Positions 19,210 to 28,949 of a stretch of DNA of 64,000 bases are shown here, one piece after another. The notes under the pieces were generated by a model. That model had not been told where the DNA came from. It was given only the letters and a program-made list of their open reading frames with translations, and ran no database searches. The first letter of the stretch is position 1; the number at the start of each line of letters is the position of its first letter. The DNA is taken from positions 512,001 to 576,000 of the forward strand of contig CM000436.1 in the NCBI GenBank assembly GCA_000165345.1, given 5' to 3'. A program made the translations under genes and the position numbers.

Positions 19210-21717
19210 ATGGATTTGACAACAAAGTTATCAAGATTTGTGATCAACTATGACCCTAGTTCTAATGATGGAGAGCCCCTCCCTTTGGCTTGTGACTCTC
19301 AACAGGTGGTTTTAAAGCCCTTTAGAGACTATTCTTCAGAATTAAAATTAAAGTCTGATCATGATAAAAGACCAATATGGGTTTTTCCAGATGGTTTAAT
19401 TATCATTGAGACTTTTCATCAAAGTAGTAAAGCTGCATGTGAATTTTTGGTGACTATTTCAGAACCTCTTAGTAGACCTGAACTTATACATGAATACCAA
19501 TTAACCATATTTTCTCTATATGCAGCAGTATCACTAGGAATAACAGTTGACTCTATAATAGAAACACTTGGAAAATTTAGTAAGAATGAGATTCCTGATA
19601 CTTTGGTTAATACAATTAGAGGTCATTGCAAGCTTTTTGGAAAGTTGAAGATTGTTTTATTAGAAGGAAGATACTTTGTTGAAGCTACAAGTAGACAAGA
19701 GTTATCCTATTTACTTTCTGATGAGAGAATTAAGTCTGCTAGAATTATTAGAAAAGTTAATAATTCTTTAAGTAATTCATCAATTAAAGTATTAAATAAC
19801 TCAGAATCAAAGCCAGAAGAAGAAGATGCTAATAAGTCAGATTTTAATATTACTCAGGCTCCAAGTTTGAATCCAAAAGATCTTGCTTTCAAGATTACTG
19901 AGAATCCTAATAAAGACAAGGATAATTATGAAAGTTCTGGAAATAGCTTATTACAAACAAACCCAAATTCTAGTTCTAATTCAAACTCGAATAATATGAT
20001 TTATTCCTTTGAAATTTCTGGTGATAAGGTTGATATTGTTACAATGGCATCATTTGTTAGTCTTCATAGACCTCTGTTATCTGAATATGACTTCAGATCT
20101 GACATTAAAAATCCTAATCTAGATATTTCCCTTAAACATACTACTCAAATTAGATATTATCAAGAACAAGCTTTAAGAATGATGTTTAGTAATGGACGTG
20201 CTAGATCTGGAATCATAGTATTACCATGTGGAGCAGGAAAAACCTTAACAGGTATTACTGCAGCATGTACTATGAGGAAGTCTGTATTGATATTAACAAC
20301 AAGTGCAGTGGCAGTATCACAATGGAAATTTCAATTTGAGCAATATACAACAGTGGATCCAAATAAGGTCCATTGCTTAACAAGTAGTAATAAAGAGCCA
20401 CTTGGCCCTACTTCAGAAGCTGTTGTTCTTGTTACTACGTATACTATGATGGCATTTACAGGAAAAAGAAGTGCTTCTTCTTCTCAGATTATTTCACAAA
20501 TACAAGAAAGAGAATGGGGTTTACTTATATTTGATGAAGTTCAGTTTGCACCAGCTCCAGCTTTTAGAAGAATTAATGGAATTGTCAAAGCTCATTGTAA
20601 GTTAGGTTTAACAGCTACACTTGTTAGAGAAGATGATTTGATTCAAGATCTTCAATGGTTAATTGGTCCAAAGTTGTATGAAGCAAATTGGATGGAATTG
20701 CAAGATAGAGGATATTTAGCTAAAGCTCTTTGTAGTGAAGTATGGTGTCCAATGACAGCAAGCTATTATAGAGAGTATCTGGATTGTTCTCATGCAAAGA
20801 AAAGAAAACTATGGGTATGTAATCCAAATAAACTAAGAGTTTGTGAGTTTTTGATACATTGGCATGAACAAAGAGGAGATAAGATTTTAGTTTTCAGTGA
20901 CTCACTATTTGCATTAATTAATATTGCAGTAGCTTTGAAGAAACCATTTGTATGTGGTAGTGTTGATACTTTAGAACGAATAAAAATTCTTCAACAATTC
21001 AAAGAAAATCCCAACTTTAATACTATTTTCCTTTCCAAGGTTGGTGATAATGCAATAGATATTCCTCTTGCAAATGTTGTAATACAGATATCTTTCAATT
21101 TTGCATCAAGACGTCAAGAAGCTCAACGTCTTGGTAGAATTCTAAGACCTAAACCATATTCTGGTATGAAATCAGGGAAAGTAATAAACAAGACTTCAGA
21201 TAGTCCAAATATTTCTGAACAACCATATAATGCTTTCTTTTATTCATTACTTTCAAAAGATACCGAAGAAATGGAATATGCTGATAAAAGACAGCAATTT
21301 ATCATTGATCAAGGATATAGCTATAGAGTAATTACTATGGACTCTTTTCCATTGAATAACGAGAATTTGCATTATAGTGATATTGAGACACAAGAAAAGA
21401 TGCTTGAATTAATTAAACAGAGTGATGATACTTTGGATGATGACGAATTTGGGAATAATATTGATGAAATTGGAAAGATTTCAAATAATAGTGATATTCT
21501 CAGCTCAACAATTACAAAGGTATCTAATATAGATCAGATATCATCAACATCATCTGCTTCATTTTCTTTGAATCTATCAAAGAATATAAGTAAAAATCAT
21601 TCTGTAAATACAAATCAAGCTTTAAAAAGGCCAACATTGTCATTAAAAAAGAGTACAAATAAAGCAAAGATTAATGAAATGCATTCCCTATTTAGGCAAT
21701 TTCACAAAAATAAGTAA
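19210..21717 (+). CDS. XPB: TFIIH helicase subunit XPB (ERCC3 / SSL2 / RAD25).
   Basis: The N-terminal XPB domain KRPIWVFPDGLIIIETFHQSSKAACEFLVTISEPLSRPELIHEYQLTIFSLYAAVSLG compares with human [58 protein letters not shown]. Helicase motif I is GIIVLPCGAGKT. Motif II is FDEVQ (LLIFDEVQF). The C-terminal helicase lobe is present. Confidence 0.92.
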   Translation: MDLTTKLSRFVINYDPSSNDGEPLPLACDSQQVVLKPFRDYSSELKLKSDHDKRPIWVFPDGLIIIETFHQSSKAACEFLVTISEPLSRPELIHEYQLTIFSLYAAVSLGITVDSIIETLGKFSKNEIPDTLVNTIRGHCKLFGKLKIVLLEGRYFVEATSRQELSYLLSDERIKSARIIRKVNNSLSNSSIKVLNNSESKPEEEDANKSDFNITQAPSLNPKDLAFKITENPNKDKDNYESSGNSLLQTNPNSSSNSNSNNMIYSFEISGDKVDIVTMASFVSLHRPLLSEYDFRSDIKNPNLDISLKHTTQIRYYQEQALRMMFSNGRARSGIIVLPCGAGKTLTGITAACTMRKSVLILTTSAVAVSQWKFQFEQYTTVDPNKVHCLTSSNKEPLGPTSEAVVLVTTYTMMAFTGKRSASSSQIISQIQEREWGLLIFDEVQFAPAPAFRRINGIVKAHCKLGLTATLVREDDLIQDLQWLIGPKLYEANWMELQDRGYLAKALCSEVWCPMTASYYREYLDCSHAKKRKLWVCNPNKLRVCEFLIHWHEQRGDKILVFSDSLFALINIAVALKKPFVCGSVDTLERIKILQQFKENPNFNTIFLSKVGDNAIDIPLANVVIQISFNFASRRQEAQRLGRILRPKPYSGMKSGKVINKTSDSPNISEQPYNAFFYSLLSKDTEEMEYADKRQQFIIDQGYSYRVITMDSFPLNNENLHYSDIETQEKMLELIKQSDDTLDDDEFGNNIDEIGKISNNSDILSSTITKVSNIDQISSTSSASFSLNLSKNISKNHSVNTNQALKRPTLSLKKSTNKAKINEMHSLFRQFHKNK

Positions 21718-21718
21718 C

Positions 21719-22363
21719 CTATAAAATATACTTTCTCATAAATTCTCTATGTTGATCACTATGTAAAATGTCATTAATAAATCTTTTTTTAGGTTGAGAA
21801 ACTCTATTTTGGTTTCTAAAAACAGTATCTTCCGTCCACCTTTTCTTTAGAATATATTCTTCTCTATCAGATTCATCATGATCAACTTTATCCCTATCAC
21901 TTTCATTATATTCTTCTAGTAATGGATTGTTTTGCATCATTAATTTGATATCATTGTTTTTTTTTTCTTTTTCTCTCTCTACTCTTTCTTTCTTGATTTT
22001 TTCTAATTCTTTAAGTAGCTCTTCATCATCATCCAACTCTTCTTTTTCGCTTCCACTCTCCAGCTCAAGCTCTAATTCACCCTCACTCTCTAGAAGTTCA
22101 TCTTTTGTAGGGCTTAAGTGAGTTGTTTCTTTTACAATTTGATTATCATCACTTACTTCAAAATTTGAAGAATCACTTTTTTCATTAGAGGCAAAATTAG
22201 TACCACTATACTGTTTAATATCTCTATCAATCCTAATTACTGACTCATTTTTTTTAGTTTCATTGTTATCTCTTCTATACTTTAAAGTTAAATGCCCTCT
22301 TTGATCAGACTTATGGAGCTTCCTAGATTCAATTGTGTACCTATTGACGGAATGTCCATTCAT
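21719..22363 (-). CDS. CWC15: Spliceosome-associated protein Cwc15 (AD002).
   Basis: The C-terminus KKRWTEDTVFRNQNRVSQPKKRFINDILHSDQHREFMRKYIL matches the Cwc15 tail [45 protein letters not shown]. The ORF-track start at 22381 is GTG. The first ATG (MNGHSVNRYTIESRK) is at 22363. The stop codon lies 1 nt from the XPB stop (convergent). Confidence 0.8.
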   Translation of the reverse strand: MNGHSVNRYTIESRKLHKSDQRGHLTLKYRRDNNETKKNESVIRIDRDIKQYSGTNFASNEKSDSSNFEVSDDNQIVKETTHLSPTKDELLESEGELELELESGSEKEELDDDEELLKELEKIKKERVEREKEKKNNDIKLMMQNNPLLEEYNESDRDKVDHDESDREEYILKKRWTEDTVFRNQNRVSQPKKRFINDILHSDQHREFMRKYIL

Positions 22364-22480
22364 AATTGGTCTACAAATCACCTGTTTCTATTATTGCATT
22401 CTCTGCTCACTTTGAATCTACTTTATTCTCATTTATCTCTTTTCTTTTCTTTATCTTGAAATAATATATAAAAATGCGAA

Positions 22481-22512
22481 TGCCGCCAAAACAGAGAAGT
22501 TCCCGCCAATTG
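22481..22512. promoter_or_regulatory. E2F-like pair TGCCGCCAAAA ... GTTCCCGCCAATT in the Cwc15 / acidic-protein divergent promoter.
   Basis: TTCCCGCC is a canonical E2F core (TTTSSCGC). Confidence 0.45.
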
Positions 22513-22725
22513 CTTTGTAAGTATTAAAAATTTCACTAATCAGAAAAGACTAGAATAGAAAAAAGAATAACAATGCGTGGGTAAAAGAGATACTGAAAAA
22601 ATGTTGGTCAAAGAAGTGTGTATATTAAAGTGAGTATAAGCTCTTACTTCTTTTTTTTTCTAATGTGTTTTATTTTCTATTAATAAATTTAATGAATAAT
22701 AATTGATAAATATTAATGTGGGGTA

Positions 22726-22767
22726 TGACGTCATTTAGTATTGCAAATTTGCATGCGCATGCAAACA
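22726..22767. promoter_or_regulatory. Composite module ATGACGTCAT (CRE-like palindrome), then TTGCAAATTTGCA palindrome, then TGCGCATGCAAAC (AP2-type).
   Basis: Read directly. The same ordered combination recurs at 996-1019, 35595-35656, 41008-41063, 55441-55503 and 62880-62911. Confidence 0.5.
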
Positions 22768-23077
22768 GGCAGAGAAATGTGTTAATAGGTGATTGCATTA
22801 ATTTGAGAGAATTTCAATTCAAGAGGAATAATATTTGAAGAAATTTTTTTTTTGTTTTGTTACTTGAAACAAAATGTTCTAACTTGGTTTTGAATCATAA
22901 TTAGAGAAGGTAATAACCATAATAATTGGGAATGTTTGAGAAATCATTTGGCAAAATAGTGCCTGAAGAAATAAATATTTAAGTGAGAAAAATCAATTAG
23001 TTGAAAATTCTTGGAAAAAAAACGAATCATTAAGAAACTAGAGTTGATCATTCAAATTTAAAAAAAAAAAAAGCAAA

Positions 23078-25177
23078 ATGAATGAATCAGAAATAGAATT
23101 TATAGAGGATGAAAAGAACAAAATAATCATAATTGATTCCCAGGACCAAGAAGATTTTTCCGTAGTTGAGGAGATTGTGAATGAAGAAAATATCTTGATT
23201 GAGGGATATTTATGGGAAGAACGTTCAATTTTGCACCAATTTGACGAAATTAATCAAAATTTGAGCAAAAGCTTAGAAGATACAAAAGAAGAAACTCCAA
23301 TAATAAATACAGGCGAAGATTATGGAGATGATAATGATGATGATTTGGAATATGAAATAATCAATAACTTGGAAGTGATTGAATTAGAGAATAAAGTAAT
23401 GAAAACGGAAATATCAAAAAGTGAAAAGAAAGATGAAAACGAAAATAAGCTATGTTTTGATATTTTCAAAACAGAAGAGTTACCTATTTCTTCTCAAAAA
23501 TCTCCCAGAATAGAAGAATCTGAGGTAGATTTGAAATCAGAAAATCAATTAATTAAACATGCAATGAGTAAAAGTCAGCTAAAAGCTTTGTTTTCAATAT
23601 TTAAGATATCAAATTACACTCAGACTTTTAGATCGATTGCTTATTTAAACAGGATCCAAGCCATTATGAGTGATTATTTTCGAAGATCAAGGTATCAAAA
23701 TAGAATGGTCATATTAAACTTAATAAAAAAGAAAAGGACAAAAAGTTCCTCAAAAACGGAGTTCAAGTTTATGAAAAAGGAGAATTATCTGTTGAAAAAC
23801 GAACAAAATAATAATAAATGTCTGCAATTGGAAGACTCAATACTCCAAAACAAAGTTAAAGAGAAGGATCTCCAAGCCAAAAATGCAAATAACATATTTG
23901 AATTAACAGTTTGTGAAAAAGCAAGTCATGAGGAAGAGTTGAAGAATTTTGATCAAACTATTGAGGAGGACATATTGGTCATTGAAATAAAAGATTCTGA
24001 AGAGCCTGAGTTTAACGAATTAATGGAAAATCGTATTTTTGAAGTTTTAGAGGAAGCTGAGGATGGAGATTTCCAAATTTTAGATTCAGACGGTGTTAAT
24101 CCAGATATTGAAAAAAATCTTGAATTAGATGCAAATTTAGAAACTGGTTCTCAAAAACCTATTGAAATAGTAGAATTCTCCGTAAATAATACCTCAGAAT
24201 TGGATCTAGAATTAAAGTCTGAATCGGATGTGGGATCAAAGCTGGATTTAGAAGCTGTATTCGAACTGGAAGGATTTAATGAATACTCTGAAGTTGAGCT
24301 GTCAAATCCAATTGTAAATATGGAATGCAAAATAAGTCAAGGAAATCCAATGCTTGAAGGACTTGAACACATAAATCATGAACTAGAATTTATGGAAAAT
24401 AGGGAAGCAGCTATGGAAACTTTGAATTTCAAGTTAGAAAGCCAAAATATAGACAATAATATATTGAAAGAAGTAGAGCTAGACGGAGTTTTGACTGAAA
24501 AAGACAAAAGTAACGAAAAACAAAATGATAATGATGAAAGAAATGTGACTTCTCCTCAATTAACAACAGAAGGAAATTGTGATGTATTTGTTGAAATAAT
24601 AGCTAAAGAAGATTTGGAAAATGCTCAAACTGATAATTATTCTGGATTTGAGTCAATAGAAAACTTTGAGCTTACAAGAAAATCTTCTCAAATGTCACAT
24701 AATTTGACGGGAATAATTAGTTTTGAAGAAACAAATGCTAATAATGAAACTGAAATCATAGAAAAGCAAACTGGAACCACTAACCAAGAAGATGAAAATA
24801 ATAATAGTTATCAGCCAGGCATTGAACAGATAGAAATTAATGTTGATATTGAAGAATTAAAGCAAAACAGCCAAGAAAAGTTGAGTAAACTTGATAATGA
24901 AAAAGATGTTTTTGAGCTCGTAAAAGATATCCAAAACAGTAAAAATGACAAATGCTCTCCTTTCTACGAAAAATCTGAAACCTACAATAGCAATAAGACT
25001 ATCAGATCTTCACCATATGAATCTCTCCAAGGAATCAAGAAAAAAAGTTTTGGAGTATTTGATAAACTAGTTAGTTTAGCGCAAAATCGGAGCATTGCAA
25101 GACCTATTTCTAAAGATCTATCCAGGGAAAGTATTCGAGCAATTGAAATAATTAAAAAATCTAGAAAACTTAAATAG
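23078..25177 (+). CDS. Hypothetical acidic (E/D/N-rich) low-complexity protein with no recognisable domain.
   Basis: A 699-aa ORF from ATG 23078 with consistent codon usage and an upstream E2F/AP2 motif cluster. I detect no conserved domain. Confidence 0.5.
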   Translation: MNESEIEFIEDEKNKIIIIDSQDQEDFSVVEEIVNEENILIEGYLWEERSILHQFDEINQNLSKSLEDTKEETPIINTGEDYGDDNDDDLEYEIINNLEVIELENKVMKTEISKSEKKDENENKLCFDIFKTEELPISSQKSPRIEESEVDLKSENQLIKHAMSKSQLKALFSIFKISNYTQTFRSIAYLNRIQAIMSDYFRRSRYQNRMVILNLIKKKRTKSSSKTEFKFMKKENYLLKNEQNNNKCLQLEDSILQNKVKEKDLQAKNANNIFELTVCEKASHEEELKNFDQTIEEDILVIEIKDSEEPEFNELMENRIFEVLEEAEDGDFQILDSDGVNPDIEKNLELDANLETGSQKPIEIVEFSVNNTSELDLELKSESDVGSKLDLEAVFELEGFNEYSEVELSNPIVNMECKISQGNPMLEGLEHINHELEFMENREAAMETLNFKLESQNIDNNILKEVELDGVLTEKDKSNEKQNDNDERNVTSPQLTTEGNCDVFVEIIAKEDLENAQTDNYSGFESIENFELTRKSSQMSHNLTGIISFEETNANNETEIIEKQTGTTNQEDENNNSYQPGIEQIEINVDIEELKQNSQEKLSKLDNEKDVFELVKDIQNSKNDKCSPFYEKSETYNSNKTIRSSPYESLQGIKKKSFGVFDKLVSLAQNRSIARPISKDLSRESIRAIEIIKKSRKLK

Positions 25178-25263
25178 AAACGTTCCTTCCTCCCCCCCCC
25201 CCCTTAACCGAATTTAAAATCTGCATTTCTTGCAATGAATATAATTATATACAAAATGCGGGA

Positions 25264-25278
25264 ATTTGGCGCCTAAAT
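25264..25278. promoter_or_regulatory. E2F-like site AATTTGGCGCCTAAA upstream of the NAD kinase gene.
   Basis: GGCGCC core about 210 bp upstream of ATG 25485. A 13-nt C-run lies at 25186-25200. Confidence 0.45.
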
Positions 25279-25484
25279 GCATTCGAAGATTAATTAGTTT
25301 CGAAGCTTAAAGGAAGTTTTTTCACAAAACGTTGCTTTAAAGAAAGAGAAGAAGAAAGATTTTGAATTTATCCTGGCTCGGATATGAATAGTAATAATAA
25401 TATTTACTTTCTATCTGAGTAGCCTTAGTGACATGGTAAACTCGAATTAAATGATAATTAATCTTTCCAGCAAATTATCCCAAT

Positions 25485-27194
25485 ATGACAGGTGCTGACG
25501 AGTTTATGTATGGAGATAATACATGTAGGTTCTCAAAAACTCCTCAGAATATCCTAATAATTAAGAGACCAAAATCTCCAAATTCAACAATATTAGCAGT
25601 GGAACTATCTGTCTCTTTAACTAAAGTGTATGATGCTGTTGTATATTGCGAAGATGAAGCTATAAGTGACATGAAAGCTATAAATCCTGAGCTAGAACTA
25701 AATTCGATATCCCAAACTAAAGTTGATTTAGGTGAGATGATTGATCTTGCAATTTCACTGGGTGGGGATGGAACATTACTTTGGTTATCACACTTATTTC
25801 AAACATCAGTTCCTCCTGTAATAAGCATTGCAATGGGATCTCTTGGTTATATGTCCTTATTTCACTACTCCAAGGCTAATGAAATTATTGATAGAATTAT
25901 GAGGAAACAGACTTTTGCAGTTTCCTTAAGATCAAGACTAACTCTTTATATTCCTCAAGAAAATGGAGATACACTACAAACTTCTTGTTTAAATGAGTGT
26001 GTGTTTGAAAGGGGAAGCAGACATTGTCTTGCCTCCATTGATGTCTATTGTTCTGGAAGCTACTTTACAAGAGTATTTGCCGATGGCTTAATTCTAGCAA
26101 CACCCTCTGGATCTACGGCATATTCAATGTCAGCAGGTGGAAGTATTGTGCATCCCAAAGTTTCTGGAATACTCTTCACTCCTATTTGCCCACATACATT
26201 ATCTTTTAGACCAGTAATACTACCAGGTTCAACAGAACTTTTGATTCATGTTCCAGAATCATCCAGAGATGGCGTCCAGGTTGCTTTGGATGGAAGAAGA
26301 GTTGCAGAACTAAGGATTGGTCAGTTTGCTGCAGTTACAATGTGTTCATACCCTCTTCCTTTGGTAATTTGTCCACAAGTTTTTGATTATAGAGAAAGCT
26401 TAAGTCCAGGATTAGAATTAAGAAGTAAAAAAATAATTGACTCCACCTACACTTATCAAGATATTCTTCAAAGTATACGAGAAGCAAAAACTATGAACTC
26501 TTTGGGAACTGATGAGCATTGTATTTATTCAAATGATAGTCAAATTTTTGTATGTCCATGCTGTAGAAAACCAGATAGTTGTTTTTGTGGGATTGAAAAA
26601 GATGTTAATATTAATCAAGAAAATGATTTTAAAGAAAAAGGACTTTTATACAAAGAGGACTATTGGTTGGATTGTTTAAATAATTATTTGGACTGGAATT
26701 CTCAGAGAGCTGCTCAAATTCCTATAGACTTACAGGAAACTGTTTCTGGTAGCAAATACTCAGAGTTTCAGTCAAACCTAAGTAAAAAAAGCAATGGATC
26801 TAGTCCCAGAAGCCTTAATAATACAGATAGAAAGATTGCGCCTCCTGAGACTTTAAAGTTTCTTGAGAAAGTAAGAGTAATTTGGAAGCATGATAATGAA
26901 TTTAAGCACGAATGTCTACCTGACTTTAATAATTCAGTGACATGTTTAAACTCAAAAATCAGGTATCCGTCACCTCTTACAGCAAAAACTCCAGATAACT
27001 TATGTTCAACTACTTGTAGAAACAAGATGGAAAATTCAATCTCCATGCAAATAAATGCAACAGATTTTGACTCGTGTAATTGGAGTCAAAAGAGTAATAA
27101 TACGGATTCCACAGCCAAGTCTAATAAAAGTAAAACTCCCTTCTTTACTCCTGTAAAAATTCCAGGTGTAATAATCTTAGATCGTAAACTATAA
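25485..27194 (+). CDS. NADK: NAD+ kinase (ATP-NAD kinase) with a long C-terminal Cys-rich extension.
   Basis: GGDGTLL (the GGDGT signature). IAMGSLGYM compares with the NGSLGFL motif. DGLILATPSGSTAYSMSAGGSIVHP compares with [25 protein letters not shown]. Confidence 0.85.
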   Translation: MTGADEFMYGDNTCRFSKTPQNILIIKRPKSPNSTILAVELSVSLTKVYDAVVYCEDEAISDMKAINPELELNSISQTKVDLGEMIDLAISLGGDGTLLWLSHLFQTSVPPVISIAMGSLGYMSLFHYSKANEIIDRIMRKQTFAVSLRSRLTLYIPQENGDTLQTSCLNECVFERGSRHCLASIDVYCSGSYFTRVFADGLILATPSGSTAYSMSAGGSIVHPKVSGILFTPICPHTLSFRPVILPGSTELLIHVPESSRDGVQVALDGRRVAELRIGQFAAVTMCSYPLPLVICPQVFDYRESLSPGLELRSKKIIDSTYTYQDILQSIREAKTMNSLGTDEHCIYSNDSQIFVCPCCRKPDSCFCGIEKDVNINQENDFKEKGLLYKEDYWLDCLNNYLDWNSQRAAQIPIDLQETVSGSKYSEFQSNLSKKSNGSSPRSLNNTDRKIAPPETLKFLEKVRVIWKHDNEFKHECLPDFNNSVTCLNSKIRYPSPLTAKTPDNLCSTTCRNKMENSISMQINATDFDSCNWSQKSNNTDSTAKSNKSKTPFFTPVKIPGVIILDRKL

Positions 27195-27374
27195 CTATCG
27201 ATTTAACTCAAATTAGTACTTTAGAAATATTTTAATTTAATATTTTCTTTAACAACTAATAATTACTAGCTCTATATCAAAGAAATTGGCTTCTTTTTAA
27301 TTATCCATCTCCTCACTAATTGATTTCAGGATTCAAAAATCTCTGAATGTTTTATATATCTTTTCTTAATATAA

Positions 27375-28612
27375 CTATTCATGGGACTCCAACTCCCATA
27401 TAGAATATTTACCGTCAAAACCATAACAAACCAAAGTTGATGGGTTTGGAACCAAAACCTTCATTATCGGTCTCTTATGCACTGAATTCTGAGTATAATG
27501 TTTTATTGGGTCAAAATTCAATTGCCATACTGGGTCTAAATAATTTGGCAATATGGCGCCATTTAGCGTGGTTGCATGTGTCCACATGCAACCATTTGTT
27601 TGCATGAATAACACCGGTATGCAGTCATGTCCGACGGCGGCCAACAGATTTTCATGCACAAATTTTAAATTAATTAGGGGCAATCCATTCCATTTAAGGG
27701 AAGAGTTTAAGAATTCTAATTTTTTACTAATTTGTGTAAAGTAAAGAAATGAATCCTTATCGGTGAAAGCTATTTGGTTTCCCTTGGGACTGAAATCGCA
27801 AGCCATTATGGCGTTTTGACTATTAATTGATGAAAGGGCTTGAAGAGAAAGAGTTTCTGACGAGTTTTCATCGAAATTTTCATCTTTGAAGTTAGAATCT
27901 TCAATTGAGACTCCAAGAATAATGCCCTTATTTTCAAGCCCACCGCATGCAAGGAACTTGCTGCTATTACTCCAAGCTAAGCATGTAAGAGGGAGCTCAG
28001 AAAGTCCAATTTTAAGTTGGTCAAATACATACAAATCTCTCTGTTTAGCTTCAGAGAAAGAAGTTTTCTCGTTTTCCAAGCCTGAATTTTTTTTAGAAGT
28101 AAAGAAGAATACTTCTCCAGAAGTTGTGGATACTGCAAAACTACAGAACTCTTGAAATGGGGAGATTCTACAAAATGTCGGGTAACAATCTGATTGGATA
28201 CAGTTTAATATAGAAGAAACAATCACCAGCTTTTCAGAAAAACTATCTTTTTCTGCCTCTACTTTGAGAAGCCATACGATAACGAGACGATCTTCTCCAA
28301 CTGAAACTAGCTGGCTATAAGAAGAATCCAACGAGTACTTTGTAGGAAGTAAGGACCAGTCTATTGAAACTATTCTGTTCCTATGCTTTGATAGCTTTGC
28401 CAGAGAGTTGCTTGGATGTAATCCATTAAGCTGATAAATTTTAATATTTCTCTTTTCACATACCAATGAAATATCTAAAAAGAACAAAAAGTCAAGTCAA
28501 ATCAAATCGTCAAGAGCCACTCATTCAGAGTCTAAAACTTACATTTCAAATTCGGATGAAAGCCTATCCCAGTAATGCTGGTTTCCAATTGCTTATCAAT
28601 TAAAAGCTTCAT
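27375..28612 (-). CDS. ARPC1: ARPC1-like WD40 protein (Arp2/3 complex p41 subunit homologue), two exons: join(28612..28543, 28474..27375), about 389 aa.
   Basis: LPLINLKFVHENLLAAVGHDCIPVLF compares with human ARPC1 [41 protein letters not shown] compares with CTTGMDGGMSIWDVKSLE. The ORF-track start at 28487 is TTG. The real N-terminus MKLLIDKQLETSITGIGFHPNLK is in a 70-nt upstream exon (ATG 28612). The 68-nt intron has a GTAAGT donor and a TTTTTAG acceptor. It restores ISLVCEKRNIKIYQLNG, which compares with ARPC1 [29 protein letters not shown]. Confidence 0.75.
28475..28542 (-). other. 68-nt spliceosomal intron (phase 1) of the ARPC1-like gene.
   Basis: The minus-strand donor is AAAT|GTAAGTTTTAG and the acceptor is TTGTTCTTTTTAG|ATATTTCA. 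Splicing joins a conserved N-terminal exon in frame. Confidence 0.7.
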
Positions 28613-28799
28613 TTCTCTCAACTTATTCCTTCATTAACTCAGTCTGAAACTCAGCAAAAACCACCTTTTGATTCAGACTATATAAATTGAAAGCATCCAG
28701 TTCAGTCTATACTTACTCTGCTATTTCCCTATTCCATCCGTTAGCCAACTCTTTTCCCACTCTAACTTGTGGGATTATTTATATTGTGGTACTCAACTT

Positions 28800-28831
28800 A
28801 GGGCGCCAAGTGTGGAGCCTGATTTGGCGGT
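28800..28831. promoter_or_regulatory. E2F-like pair GGGCGCCAAG ... GATTTGGCGG in the ARPC1 / dynamin-like bidirectional promoter.
   Basis: GGCGCC and GGCGG cores lie between the divergent starts at 28612 (-) and 28950 (+). Confidence 0.5.
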
Positions 28832-28949
28832 AATACAAATCAATATTGCATGAATTTATGCACAAGAAAAGTCTCAATATAAAGAATTTGATGATTTCAA
28901 AGTTTATATATTTTTAAAAACTTTTTTAGATCAGAAAACTTTGTTTTAA

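Noticed and set aside
25433-25470. Possible ATG|GTAAAC...TTTCCAG mini-intron immediately upstream of the NAD kinase start.
   Set aside because: After removing the putative 35-nt intron, the frame hits TGA and is not in frame with ATG 25485. The intron would also be unusually short.
27555-27566. ATGGCGCCAT inside the ARPC1 CDS as a simple E2F promoter site.
   Set aside because: It encodes conserved residues (NGAI) of the ARPC1 protein, so its presence alone could be coding constraint. It is retained only as part of the larger motif-cluster observation, not as a standalone regulatory feature.
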